64,000 bases of DNA from Felis catus (lineage: Eukaryota). Positions 11,343-23,895 of the stretch are shown here, one piece after another (positions within the stretch are counted from its first letter, which is position 1; each line of letters opens with the position of its first letter). A model generated the notes under the pieces. The model was given only the letters and a program-made list of their open reading frames with translations. It was not told the origin of the DNA and did no database searches. The translations under genes and the position numbers were made by a program. The stretch is taken from positions 150,476,001-150,540,000 of the forward strand of contig NC_058368.1 of NCBI RefSeq assembly GCF_018350175.1, given 5' to 3'.

Positions 11343-12479
11343 CTTGTAGAAGTTATTTAAACTACCATGTTATCAAGTCTTAACTTCCCATCATTAAGAA
11401 GAGATAATAGCAACTATCAACAAGGGGCATTTGAGGATTAAATGGCACAGATGTGTAAAAATCTTACTATCCTTCCTGAAACATATGAGGCAGTCAATAA
11501 ATGTTAACCAATATGTTTCCCGACCTCATGGAGCCTCTAACACAATGTTAATAGACCTGAGATCTGATCTGTGACAAAGCCACTTTGTGTTTTTGATGTA
11601 ATCACCTAATCATAAATATCTGGGTCAAGTCACAGAAAACTAGGTATGTCTAGGGAGCCAACAATAAACTCTAGAGCTACTTCCTAGGCATGACCTTCTC
11701 TGATGCAAACTGTAACGGGTTAGTATGATCTGCATTTCCAGGACATCCTAGGGCAGCCATGATAATTCCATGCCTGAGTGAACTACTTTTCCAAATGTTT
11801 TGGAAAAGATTCTATTGTCTCCTCAGTAGAAAATACTACAAAACAATTCAGATCCCCACCTTCACTTTCCTGCAGAGTATAATGAATACAGTTTGGACTT
11901 GTCTGAGAAGACGCAGACGGAGCTAGATGGACAGATGGCATGCTACTACATAGCATGAGATTTCTGGGATTTCACCCTTCCTAGAGTGTTGGTGTTAAAA
12001 CATTCTTTAATGTGGTGTTAAAACTTTCTTTAATGAAATGATGATGTCAGTAGATATGGTTGGGGTTTTTGTTGTTGAACATCTTCAAAGAATATAAACT
12101 TAATATCCTTTGTTAGACTGTTCCTCATAACTTTTTAAAAATTTTACTGTCCATAAACTTCAGGATCCTGGGAAATACCACCTAATGATTGAACATAGAT
12201 GGACAACTCGGATTGCTCCTGTGTAGAAGGACTGATTCACAATTTCCTTAGGGTTGCCCAATATTTTTCACGATCCTAATCCACGTGGTCTCATATGCAC
12301 TACGCCTGCCTTCTCTAAACATCTTCAAAACAGTGCTATTGGATTTTGATTTGATTTCATTTGAAGGAAATATCAGGGACAAGACATCCTGAAAAACTTC
12401 CCAATACCAAAACACACATATGATAATAAATATCCTTCTAATCACACACACACAAAAAGGAATAGGTCTTCAGGGGCTC

Positions 12480-13200
12480 AAAACAAAGCAGTTGCAAACC
12501 AGAAGCTACCTCAGTTAGGCATTTGCTGTTCTTGGCTAATAACAGCTACACTAGGGATAGGAGAAGCAACCTTAGACTTGCAAAAGGGAGGTACTAGAAT
12601 TGAGCACCCCAATATAAAGTTTGGACATTGGCAAGGCCTTAGTAAAAAGGTAGGCCAGGAAAAAAGTCTTTCCACTGATAAAGAAAGTGAAGGAAATTAT
12701 CTATTTCAGCCTAGGCTCTAAGTGGGGAAAAAATTTTCTCCTGAGAATTTGTAGCTACAGGCCTTTCTTTGTACAGATTTGAGGTTCAAATTTATACTAC
12801 CTATGTGTGATCCAAGAAATACCAGACTGAAAATTAATCTAAAGTGGACTTGCCATGCTAGGACACTTGTCAAAGCAAATGCAACCATAATCCAGGCCTT
12901 ACAGGATGCCCAAAGACAACGTCTAGCAAAATATAATCTCACAACCCAAAATTGCACATAAGAAATAAGTTACCATGAGAGAGAATTAGCAGAAACACCA
13001 GATAGTACATTAGACTCCTACGAACTTATAGTTATTATTATTGGATACACAACTTACAAAGAATACAAACTAAATATGCTTAATGGTAAAGAACTACAAC
13101 ATGGAATCAAAGACAGGACAGGGAACAAGGTAATATCAAAATAATACACTTTTTAAAGAACCGAATAAATCATGTAGAAATTAAAAATATGAGCAGTGAT
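12480..13200 (+). mobile_element. Degraded L1M/HAL1 5'/ORF1-region fragment
   Basis: A-rich L1-like text (cccaaaattgcacataagaaa...ccatgagagagaattagcagaaac...catgtagaaattaaaaatat). Confidence 0.5.
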
Positions 13201-13407
13201 TTTTGGTCACCATTATTTTGAGTTGTGGGTGGGACAATTCAAACATGTGAGTAAAAGGCGTTATAAACATAGACACATTCCTGTAACGTCCCGATTTACA
13301 TTTATCTGACACTGTCCTATGTTTCTGGCCTTATCCACCTTTAAAATATGAAATAAGACACAGTATATAAAGGACCTATTCTGACTTCAGCACCCCCCTG
13401 GTTGTTT

Positions 13408-13456
13408 AAATTTTTTTAAAGCTTATTTATTTTTGAGAGAGAGAGAGAGAGAGAGC
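13408..13456 (-). mobile_element. Isolated Can-SINE tail
   Basis: tttttttaaagcttatttatttttgaga(ga)n with no SINE body. Confidence 0.7.
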
Positions 13457-13871
13457 TTCCATAATTGGATTATTGCAAATAATGCTGCAATAAACATAGG
13501 GGTGCATGTATTGAATTAGCGTTTTTTGTATTCTTTGTGTAAATATCCAGTAGCATTGGATCATTTAGGTCACATCCATATCTTGGCTATTGTAAAAAAA
13601 ATGCCATAATGAACATAGGGATGCATATATCTTTTTGAGTGAGTGTTTATGTTTTCTTCAAATAAATACCCAGAAGTAGAATTGCCAGTATTCCTATTAA
13701 ACTTTTTGGTGTGCCTGTGTGACTCAGTTGGTTAAGCATCCAACTCTTGATTTCAGCTCAGGTCATGATCTCAGAGTTCATGAGATCAAGCCCCATGTTG
13801 AGTGCTGTCCGTTCAGAGCCTGCTTGGGATTCTCTTCCCCCTCTGTCTCTGCCCCTCCCCCAGTCTCACAT

Positions 13872-13909
<38 letters not shown>

Positions 13910-14240
13910 ACTCAAAAATAAATAAAAAACTTTTTAAAAAATAAAATAAAAACAAACTTTTCGAGGAACCTCCATATTGTTTTCTATAGTGGTTGCACCA
14001 GTTTACATTTCCACTGACAATACATGAGGGTTCCCTGTTCTCCACATCCTCACCAACACTTGTTTCTTGTCTTTTTGATACTAAGCATTCTGACTGGTAC
14101 GAGGTGGATATCTCATTGTGGCTTGATCTGCATTTCCTAGATGACTAGTAATGTTGAACAGTTTTTCATGCGTCTGTTGGCCATGTGCATATCTTCCTTA
14201 GAAAAATATCTATTCAGTTCCTCTGCCCATTTTTTAACCA
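13457..14240 (-). mobile_element. L1 (L1MA/MB-like) ORF2 3' fragments interrupted by a SINE
   Basis: gaggaacctccatattgttttctatagtggttgcaccagtttacatttccac...atctcattgtggcttgatctgcatttcc. Confidence 0.9.
13708..13950 (+). mobile_element. Can-SINE
   Basis: Head, (CT)n and A-rich tail; flanked by aaactttt. Confidence 0.93.
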
Positions 14241-15702
14241 CATCCCCTTGGGTTTTCTTAGAACAAACCTAATATACAAAATAAATGTAATTATAATTAC
14301 CCTCCTCAATGGAGGATGGTGATGGTGGATAGAAAGGGGAGAATGATTTAGGTGGATCCTTACCAGCATGAGTTTCACGTGAGAATCCCTGAGACCTAAC
14401 ACCCTAGGGATCCCAAAAACCCAGTTTGAAAAATGCCTGCTCTGGCGTAGCTGACTACCATGCTGCCTCAACTGCTTTTCCTCTTCATTTCCTAAAGGTA
14501 CAATTCCTGGGTGATTGTACCATAAGAAAGAATTATCTTTTTAGCAAATGACTATAGGATTTTAAATGTAAGGTATTTTTGTTTTTATTCCCAAATGTTC
14601 AGTCATTTTAATATCATTTGCCTCTAAACTAACACTATTAAATATAGTTAAAGAGGATTTCTTTCTCCACGATAGATGTAGGATTTATTAGAATAATTCA
14701 TTGCTCCCTAAAGACAGCAATACACATATTGCAATTGTTGCAAATCACACAGTTATCATCTTTCCTGGTTTTTTTTTTCTACTGAAGCCTTGTTTTGCAC
14801 AATCAAAATTTAGCAACTTCATTAAATGCATTGCCTGATGCACCTGTTTGGACTCTGGGTATCATTTTCTTTTTTCCAACACATTTTTATTCAAGATGTG
14901 CTGAATTTCCCAGAGGCTGTCTGGGGACTTTGAGACATCTGTACCCAGCAGTTTGCTTAAACCAACAAAAAGTATTGAAGCAAAAATCAAACTTTGGGGC
15001 ATCAATTTAACCATTCCTTTTCAAGTATCCTAGATTGATGGAACATGTCAGCCCTGATACAACCACCATCACTGTTCAATGCTTAGAAGAACTATTAAAG
15101 CAAAACTGACTATACTCTAATGAAAGCTGTCACCAGGAGTAGTATAAAGACCATGAAGAGAAAACAATACAGGAAATATTATGAAAAACTTGATTGGAAT
15201 GGGGTGACCATGAGGAAAACAGTTCAATGCCAGAAATAATATCATGCAAGATAATTTAATCTATACAAGTGATTGTGTACAATTAATTAACCCTATTAAT
15301 AAAGAAGTAAGCATCCAACCGAGGAGAATATAGTAAGATCAAGCCTTTCAATTCCCAGCATATAGTTCAGTTCTATGCTCCCAATTTTCTGAAAGTTTCC
15401 TTTTATTACATGTGAACGTGCAGTGATCATTTCACTGGCTCTCTTCATTGGCTTTATGAATTTAGATTTGAAGAACTGTGTACAAACAAAAGGGACAGAA
15501 ATAATGGAGTAAGCAAAAGGGAGAAAGTGTGGCTAACAAATGAAAATTCATTTGCAAATCTTGATAAACCCTTTTTAAGAGCCAATTTTTGGTCTCTGAG
15601 TCTCACGTCAGCTTTTCAGAATCAGAATTTATTATTATTATTTTTTTTAAAGGCATGCTGGGGTAAGGAGAAGCAGGTGAGAAAAATTAACACCCAAGAC
15701 CG

Positions 15703-15721
15703 TGACCAGTAGAGGGCAGGA
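15703..15721 (+). promoter_or_regulatory. Putative CTCF binding site
   Basis: TGACCAGTAGAGGGCAGGA; 15706-15719 fits CCASYAGRKGGCRS at all 14 positions. Confidence 0.55.
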
Positions 15722-15780
15722 TGGCTTTAATATTTATATTAAGAGTATTTTAAAAGCCTCCAGGATATTTCTATAGATTC

Positions 15781-16258
15781 TGTGATAGACTGATTGCAAA
15801 AGTGGCTGCAATTCATCACTCCTCCCTGTATCCATGTCCTTGGCAACCTGACTGTGAAGTTCCCTCCAACAAGAAGCAGATCTTATGTCCCACCTCTTAA
15901 ATCTGGGCTTGCCTTGTGATTTGCTTTGGCCATCAGAATCCAGCAGCAGTGATGCTGTCTAGTTCTGAGACTATGACTCAAGAGACCATGCACATTTCCA
16001 TTCATTCTCTCTCTCTCTCTCTCTCTCTTGGAATTCTGCCACTGCAGATAGAATGAGCCCAGACTAACCCGACCATATAAATGAGTAAGGCCAACCTATA
16101 CAAGACAGACTCCAACTGACCAACTAGCTGACCACAGTACATGAACAAGACCAACATCAGTCAACTTTGACCCAGACTCCTATGCTAAATAAATGTTTAT
16201 TGTTTTAATCCACTGAGTTTTGATATGGTTTGCTAACAACAATAATTAGGTGATTCAG
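15781..16258 (+). mobile_element. MLT1H/I-like LTR
   Basis: Starts tgtgatagac; contains aatctgggcttgccttgtgatttgctttggcca and aataaatgtttattgttttaatccactgagttttg; ends in ca. Confidence 0.8.
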
Positions 16259-16479
16259 TCTGCAAAAATGTCATTTCATGTCACCTTTGTCATATAAGCC
16301 CACTGAGTCACTCTATTCATTCACTTAAAATTTTTTTCAGTGCCAATTCTATACTAACTGTTAGGGCACAGACTATTCAGTAAGCATTCACTGAGCATCA
16401 CCTTAGCATTATAACTACTTAGAATACAAAGAATGGGGGCAGACTCTCAAGAAGTTAATTCTCTAGTAGTAAAGACAGA

Positions 16480-18280
16480 CATTTGTGGATTAATTACAAA
16501 GGAGTAGCAAAGGGAATTTGTGGTATGAGGAAAATATGTAAAGAACTGTGCTGGTATACACATAGCTCTATGCATTGGCCAAAATCCATAGAAGTGTATA
16601 CCACGCAGTGAATTTTATTGTATGTAATTTTTTTAAATAACCAAGACATGAGAAAACCAGAAGTAAACACACATTGTGACAAATTAATCTTATAACAATA
16701 AATCATATATCCACACTAAAAAGGGTGGGAAATAAAGGGGCTGATCCAAATAATTCTGGAAAACAGTGTTTTGAGTAGATGGCAAGATAAAGACAAGAAG
16801 AACTGTCACAACAGTGTATTTCTGTACTCCAGTTGAAAAGATTTTTTTCTCACCGGAAGATGGGTTAGTCATCCTAAAACTACTTTGTATGCCTGATGGG
16901 AATGAACAAGTAAGTAAATCTGCTGCAGTGTTAAGAACTAAGTTTCTCACTGTCAAAGAAAGAGGTATAAATAAAAGGGAAAGGCTACAATGAACTCTGT
17001 TTCTTTCAGTATGAGCTCATGTATGAATCTCATCATATCAGTATGAACCTATGCTTCATTCCCTTTTAAATACATATATAGAAATACAAAACTATATATA
17101 GATATGTGTATGAAAGGGTAACTATACACACATAGATTCCCTAGCTCTGTCTGCTGACAAGTCCTAGAAAGAGTGACATCCCAGTAAGAATCAGCACACT
17201 TGGTATCCAGATCAGGGTTTCTAAGTACCATTTCTAATAAAAAGAACCAAGCGTCCTTGGAAAAGCAGTTGATTCTAAGGCTGAGTCAGGTAAAATATAA
17301 GATAAGCCTGGGGCATCTTATGGTGCTTTAAAAAAAATGGGGGCGTACAGAAAGGATATAAGAGCCAAACTGAAAGTACCCCAAATGGCCAAATCTATAA
17401 CAAGTTGGGCAAAACAACAATATTGGCTTATAATCCAAAAAATAAAGTAAGCACACTTCATATAAAATATTTATTTAACTAAAAATATTTATTTATAAAT
17501 AAATGAAGCAGAAGAGGCAACACTTCTTGACTTACTTCCAACTAATAAACATATAAGGAATACAAGAAATGGACAAAAACAATTAGAATACCACAGCAAT
17601 AACTGCTGCAGGCAAGATGCACTGATGGATGATAAAATCAGTGGGTAAAAGTTAAGCAAAAATATTTGCCTAATTTCAAAATTCTACCCCCAAAATAAAT
17701 ATATGCTAATTACAAAGAGAAAAAAATAGTAACGCTGCAGTATAAAAGCATGAAAGACACCTCCTTTAACCTACTGACCAAGATTAATATCACCAGTAAC
17801 AAGATGGATCTATATAACTTAACCCTATATCATGTACTGAAAAGGACATCTCACCTTTGTGGTATTTTTCCTGATAGTGCATAACCTCAATACAACCATG
17901 ATAAAACCTAAATGAATCCAAGTTTGAGGGACATTCTCCAAAATACCTGGCCAGTACTCTTCAAAGTCTCAAGGACATGAGAGTCAAAAAGATTGAGAAA
18001 CTACCACATACTGGAGGAGACTAAGATGATCTAAGGGGTAAATTTAATGTGGGATTCCGGGATAGACCCTGAAACAAAAAAAGAAACTAGTAAAATTCAA
18101 AGTCTCTTGTTTAGTGAATAACATTGCACAAATGTTAATTTATTCGCTTTGACAACTGTTCTCTGATACGTAAGATTTGACATTAGGGGAAGCTGGGTGA
18201 GGGGTAAACAGAAAGTTTTTATACCATATTTGCAACTCCCCCTTAAGTCCGAGATTATCTCAAAATAAAAAGTTTAAAAA
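16480..18280 (+). mobile_element. L1MC/L1MD-type 3'UTR
   Basis: Typical features: attccctagctctgtctgctgac, ttgagggacattctccaaaatacctggccagtactcttcaaa, ending ttatctcaaaataaaaagttt. Confidence 0.8.
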
Positions 18281-18803
18281 TACATGTCTATCATTTATTT
18301 TAGTAATAGACACTACTAAAGTAGTTTATAGAGTATGTCTATGGCTTTATATATGCCAAATTCAAACAATTAGAATTTTAATATATGTTTATTTATATCT
18401 GTTCAGACTGCCAAATATATCAATAGAAATTTGGACTAGTTATCAATCTAATTGGGTCAACTAAATAATGTTAAATCTTCACTAATATGTTATATAAACA
18501 CTGATCAAACAGATATTAGTTTTACCAGCACTTAGTGTCCTGGCATCAAGTCATAAGAATGTGTTTTAAAATCTCTATTCCATTCAAGCACAAGAAACTA
18601 AATCAAACTAGAATAAATGAACAAAACTAAACTAAAATTTAACACTATGAGCACATAAAGTGTGACGGGCACTATGCTTGATACTATGATTAAGTAGTAA
18701 GCGAAACATACCTGGTCCTTATCTAATATAGTTTATATTTTACCACTAAGATTATTCAGTTCTTTTGCTTTCGGTGACAATTAGCAAAAAGTGTGTAATT
18801 GCA

Positions 18804-19022
18804 GACAAACCATAGATACTATTAAATACAGAGAAGAAACTGAGGATTGCTGGAGGGAAGATGGGTCGAGGGATGGGCTAAATGGGTGACGGTCACTAAA
18901 GAGGGCACTTGTTGGGATGAGCACTGGGTGTTATATAGAAGTGATGAATCACTGACATCTACTCCTGAAACCAATACTACACTGTATATTAACTAATTTT
19001 CTTTTAAATAAATAATGTTTTT
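18804..19022 (+). mobile_element. Carnivore L1 3'UTR fragment
   Basis: gagggcacttgttgggatgagcactgggtgtta...ctcctgaaaccaatactacactgtat; TSD aagt(g/c)t(g/a)taattgca at 18789-18803 and 19023-19037. Confidence 0.9.
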
Positions 19023-19503
19023 AAGTCTATAATTGCAACAAATGTCTCAAGGGCAAGAATTCTATTTCCGCTTCCTTCAAACCCAGTAGAATATGTTATG
19101 TACACAACTTAATCGTCAGTAAAAGCTGGCTGACCCAGACTCAGGATGTACACATTGCAAAGATATTTTTGTTCAAGCCTATGAGAAACCAAAGGTAAAA
19201 AACAAACGTAAAAGGTAAAAAACGGCTTTTGGAAAATGTTCTCCACATTGCACATTGTAGCAAATTGCTCAAGTTGGCCATGCACCTCATCTTTCACTAC
19301 ATTAACTACAAGACCAGCTGCAGAATCCTCAGAAACAAATTGCCTATTAACATACCTACTTCTACCCAGCAATAATAGAAAATTCTCTCTCCTCTTTGGT
19401 GACTCCAATTGTCAGATATTGATAAACATTATTGGGTAAGAAACTACACAAACTGATTCACCTATTAGTACAACTGGGATCTTTGATTTAAAGAGTAAGT
19501 CAA

Positions 19504-19712
19504 GGGGCACCTGGGTGGCTCAGTCGGTTGAGCGGCCGACTTCGGCTCAGGTCATGATCTCGCGGTCTGTGAGTTCAAGCCCCGCATCAGGCTCTGTGCT
19601 GACAGCTCAGAACTTGGAGCCTGTTTCAGATTCTGTGTCTCCCTCTCTCTCTGCCCCTCCCCCACTCATGCTCTCTCTCTCTCTGGCAAAAATAGTTAAA
19701 CATTAAAAAAAA
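19504..19712 (+). mobile_element. Can-SINE
   Basis: Perfect 16-bp TSD ttaaagagtaagtcaa at 19488-19503 and 19713-19728. Confidence 0.97.
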
Positions 19713-19759
19713 TTAAAGAGTAAGTCAAAAAATTTGCCCTGTTATGAAGATTATTTCTA

Positions 19760-20309
19760 AGGCAGTTTCCTGCTGTGTCCTCACATGGCCTTTCCACTGT
19801 GCAGGCACATCTCTGCCATTTCTTCTTCTTCTTATAAGGACACCAGTCAGATTGGATTAGAGGCCCATTCTTATGACCTCATTTAACCTTAATTACCTCT
19901 TTAGCCCTAAAATACAAACAACAACAAATACAATTAACTATATTTCAAATGAGCAATAAAAGCACACTAAAGGGAAATATCATCTAGTTAACTTCTAAAT
20001 ACAGTTGTTTTTACCATATACACTCAGTTTAAAGATGAGGCAAGCTTTAGATTTATTCAACTCTAGTTAGTAGATTTGTTTTTCTTAGCGATACAGGTGA
20101 GCAATTCTAAAACTTTTTGTTTTTTGAATTAAAGCATTGAGCAATAGGTAAACATATTATGGATAATAAAACCAAGTAATTTTATGAAAAAAAAATTACC
20201 TTTTTAGAGGCCCTATCTCCAAATACAGTCACATTCTAAATTACTGGGGGTTAGGGCTTCAGCATACAAATGGAGGGGAGGGAGGAGGAACACAATTCAG
20301 TTCCTAACA
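19760..20309 (-). mobile_element. MLT1A-like LTR split by an insertion at 19905-20193
   Basis: gctgtgtcctcacatgg...tataaggacaccagtcagattggattag...ctccaaatacagtcacattct...cacaattcagttcctaaca. Confidence 0.88.
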
Positions 20310-22270
20310 CTCTTCATTTTCTTTTTCCACCTGCTCCATTGTCAAAAAGTCAGTGGACAGTGGGATAGCAGGAATTAACAGTGAGATGGAAAAATACCCC
20401 AAATTATCCTCAAAATGTCATTTAAATCTTCTTCTTTTTTTCTCTTTTATCCAGGATCCAATCAAGGTTCATTTTAGACGGCCTGTCCATGAGCTACCAG
20501 GAAGCAGGACCCATCCCTCACTTGGGAAAAAACATAACCCCCCATCTTTCCTTCCCAAAGAATCAGGGGTCCAAAATCTCCAGGTATAGGAAGCTGGTAT
20601 TTGTCATCACTCCCCTACCGAGCTAACACTGATGCTTAGACTCTTCAGCACCTGAGCCAAAAAAAAAAATGTGCCTGCCAGTCCACCAGGCACATCACCC
20701 CATGGGCCACTCTTATGTTCCCATCATAAACAGTGACAGCTTCAAAAGGTCAAGGTGTATTCTCCTGGTACAGAGTCAAATAGGGCTATATGAACCGTGC
20801 CCTAGCCGAAACACACACTCCGCAGGATGCAGGACACTCAAAGAGCGATTCACTTGATGACCAGTGCCCAGGAGCTTCAGCTGGACCAAGTGACCAGGCA
20901 GGGTTTGCCCAGAGCCTTCTGCATGAAACAACCCCATGAGACATTTAAAGCAGTCGTGGAGGCTTTTCCCCTGCTCATCTTTGTATTGAGCCTAGCACAG
21001 TTCCTGAAATATAGTAGGCTTCTGATAGATGTTTGCTGAATGAGCAAATTACAAATGAAAGCATATCCGTTTATCACCTTCCAAATGACTCTACAAAGTG
21101 TTGCTGCCTGCCAATAACAACAGTGTGCATTCATAGGTAGTTATGAATTTGCATCATATTACAAACATGCAGCTTTAACACCAGTGAATTTCCTCCATCC
21201 CAGCTTGCAGAGGATAAAATGCCAGTGTGTTTTCACTGCCTCCCTGCATATGTTGGTAGTAAAATATTCACGACTTAGAGAATTATGCAGTGTGTTTTCA
21301 ACAGCAGCTTTTGAAAGCCACTTTTTCCATTAAAACTGTCAGTTTGGTAATACAGCCATGATTTCAAAGCAAAGGAGCATTATGGCGCAAATCAAAGATA
21401 GATTACATATTTTATGTTTACATATTCTAGGACCTTCATAGTGTAAAGTTGTTGGATTTTTTTTTAGACTTTATGTAAGTCTCATCCATTTTGGAATTGG
21501 AATGCATCACCTTTATTATGAACCAAATAAAACCCGTGTATAATATATGTGGTACTGCTAGGTATTATACCTGCTCTATTCACTAGAAACTGCAAAGGAA
21601 AAGAGTGGCGTGAGAAGTGAAGAAAGCCATTCACTGTTGCTTTAATTTTTAGTTAAGGAACCCCTGTATATCTTCTATCTTTCTTATGTTCTGGCAAGAC
21701 ACACGCATATCCCCCAAAATGTCCATGATTACAACTAATTACTGGTCAGATAACAAAGTTAATAGGGACCTTAAAAGTGAGAGGAAGCTGTGACGCTATT
21801 TTTTTATTAAGAGAAAATGTATTAATATCTCTGACAATTAGTTGCAGTAGGAAACTATTACTGGGTTTGTGGTGCGAAGGAAAAATTGCTTGGCAATAAG
21901 ACAGCCTGTATCTTAATTATAGGTTACAATGCATACTTGGGCATGCTCAGTCTGCAGGAAAAAAAAATAATAATAAAAGGAACTAAAGCTCTTAAAATAA
22001 CAGTATTTGTCCATAAGTGGTGAGAATCTTCAACAACACATGAAAGTGACAAGATGATAGCCTGTTTAAATACAGTTAGATAATATGCTTCAGAGATTTC
22101 CATCTTTAGCAGTATGGTGGCAAATGAGGGCTGTATAAATTAAACCAATAATGGAAGAGTCCTGCAGTCTTCGGCTCAAATTTGATGAGAACTATTTTAT
22201 TTAAGCATCTCTTCTGGTCAAGAAGACCCCATAAGGGAAAAAAAATAAATAAACCTAAGAAAAACAGAAG

Positions 22271-22395
22271 CAATGTGGCATCATGATTAAGGGCACAGGC
22301 TCTGAAACAGCCTGAGTTCATATTCTGGCTCTGCCATTTAGCAGCTCCTTAAAAAGCCACTTAACTCTCTGAGCCTTGCTTTCCTGATCTCTCGA
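22271..22395 (+). mobile_element. MIR fragment
   Basis: ttaagggcacaggctctg...cctgagttcatattctggctctgccattta...cttaactctctgagcct. Confidence 0.8.
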
Positions 22396-22419
22396 TGCAC
22401 GGAGCACTTAGTCTGGCTA

Positions 22420-22790
22420 AATCAAAACCATTGCCAACATCTTTCTCCTATATGCACATAGGATGAAAGAGCTAATGACTTGCTTACCAGATTCCCATAC
22501 AGCTAGGGCTGGTCATATGGTGCCATTGCAACTAGTGAGACAGCATCAACTGTCTGATGGGAGTCACTAGGGACACATTTGCTTTCCTGTGAAAGGGATC
22601 ATGGCAGCTGGTTCTACTCTTTCCTCTGTCTTCTTGTTTTGAACACAGAGGGGATGTCTTAAATCGTGGCAATCATCTCAGAACTTGAGGGAAAGGCCCA
22701 GAGAATCCTAGAGGCGGCGGTTCTGACATCGCTGAGCCACAGGATAATCAGCCGTATCTGTTCACATCCACAAACTTGGTAATAGTCTTC
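22420..22790 (+). mobile_element. Old MLT1-like LTR fragment
   Basis: cagctagggctggtcatatgg...ggcaatcatctcagaacttgagggaaaggcccagagaatc...ctgacatcgctgagcc. Confidence 0.55.
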
Positions 22791-23604
22791 TGTTGGGACC
22801 AGTTGTCAGAGATATTAATATGGGTTTTTTTCCTGATAAAAAATAACATCACTGCTGGCACACAGAGATAAATTAGCTGGTAGTGGTACGAACAGTAGTG
22901 GTATCATCATCATCACCATTATACTTTAAAACCTGCTAGGAAAAAAAATATACCTCCAACATGGTACCCTAAGTGAGCTGCCTTTACAGTCATGAGCCTG
23001 GGAGAGAGGATCCTCAAGGATTCCAGCATCTCTCAGGTTTAATTGGCCTGTAAGAGAATCTAGAGCCTTGAAAGAACTAATATGATTGTCAAACGGACAT
23101 TGCCTACAATCATGGGTTAGCCCAGGCATTGAGAAATCAGGACCAGCAGTAAAATCCATTGTAAAAGAAACAAAAGAAGGTAGAACAGAGCATGTGCAAC
23201 TGGGAATTACAAGAAATTTAGTTTATATGAAATACAGAGTTAAAGATCATGAAAGTAGGCTAATTCAATACAGTCACGTATCAAGCAGAAAATGACATGT
23301 AATTTATTATTTTATTTTTTAAGGATGTATATTTTAGAAAATTACTTCTTCCAAGAATTGCTAATTAAAAGAAATATATCTTCCTCTCACCTTAGGCTTA
23401 AGAGAAGACAAACATTTGCATCTCCACAACCACAAATGTAATTCACACTAATCATCAAAATTACCCTGCCAATTTCACTTTGACAAAGGCAGAGCAAAAT
23501 CCAGATCCCTAAGAGTCAGTTGCCAAATAGCCAAATGGCAAACTCCAGGATATCAAGGCAAAAAAATGTTTTAATTTTTAAAAACCATCAAAATGCAGCA
23601 TTTT

Positions 23605-23782
23605 GGGGGGTGCCTGGGTGGCTCAGTCAGTTAAGCATCCAACTTCATTCAGCTCAGGTCATGATCTCACAGTCCGCGGGTTCAAGCCCCACGTTGGGCT
23701 CTGTGCTGACAGTTCAGAGCCTGAAGCCTGCTTCAGATTCTGTGTCTCCCTCTCTCTCTGCCCCTCCCCTGGTCACGCTCTG

Positions 23783-23843
<61 letters not shown>

Positions 23844-23895
23844 CCTCACTCCCTCCCTCCCTCCCTCAAAAATAAATAAACATTAAAAAATTTTT
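23605..23895 (+). mobile_element. Can-SINE with long (CT)n
   Basis: Full head, body and tail; degenerate TSD tgYagcattttg. Confidence 0.96.

Noticed and set aside
11876..11958. Good + acceptor (ttcactttcctgcag) followed by YNEYSLDLSEKTQTELDGQMACYYIA*
   Set aside because: Short, unrecognised and no upstream partner exon; expected by chance in 64 kb.
19109..19408. 99-aa minus ORF in unique DNA
   Set aside because: Non-ATG start, no recognisable domain or good splice sites; length within chance expectation.
23520..23879. Long ORFs with SAQVMIS...SLSLSL (also 54931-55377, 2167-2526, 46639-46956 and others)
   Set aside because: Read-through of Can-SINE bodies and (CT)n tracts.
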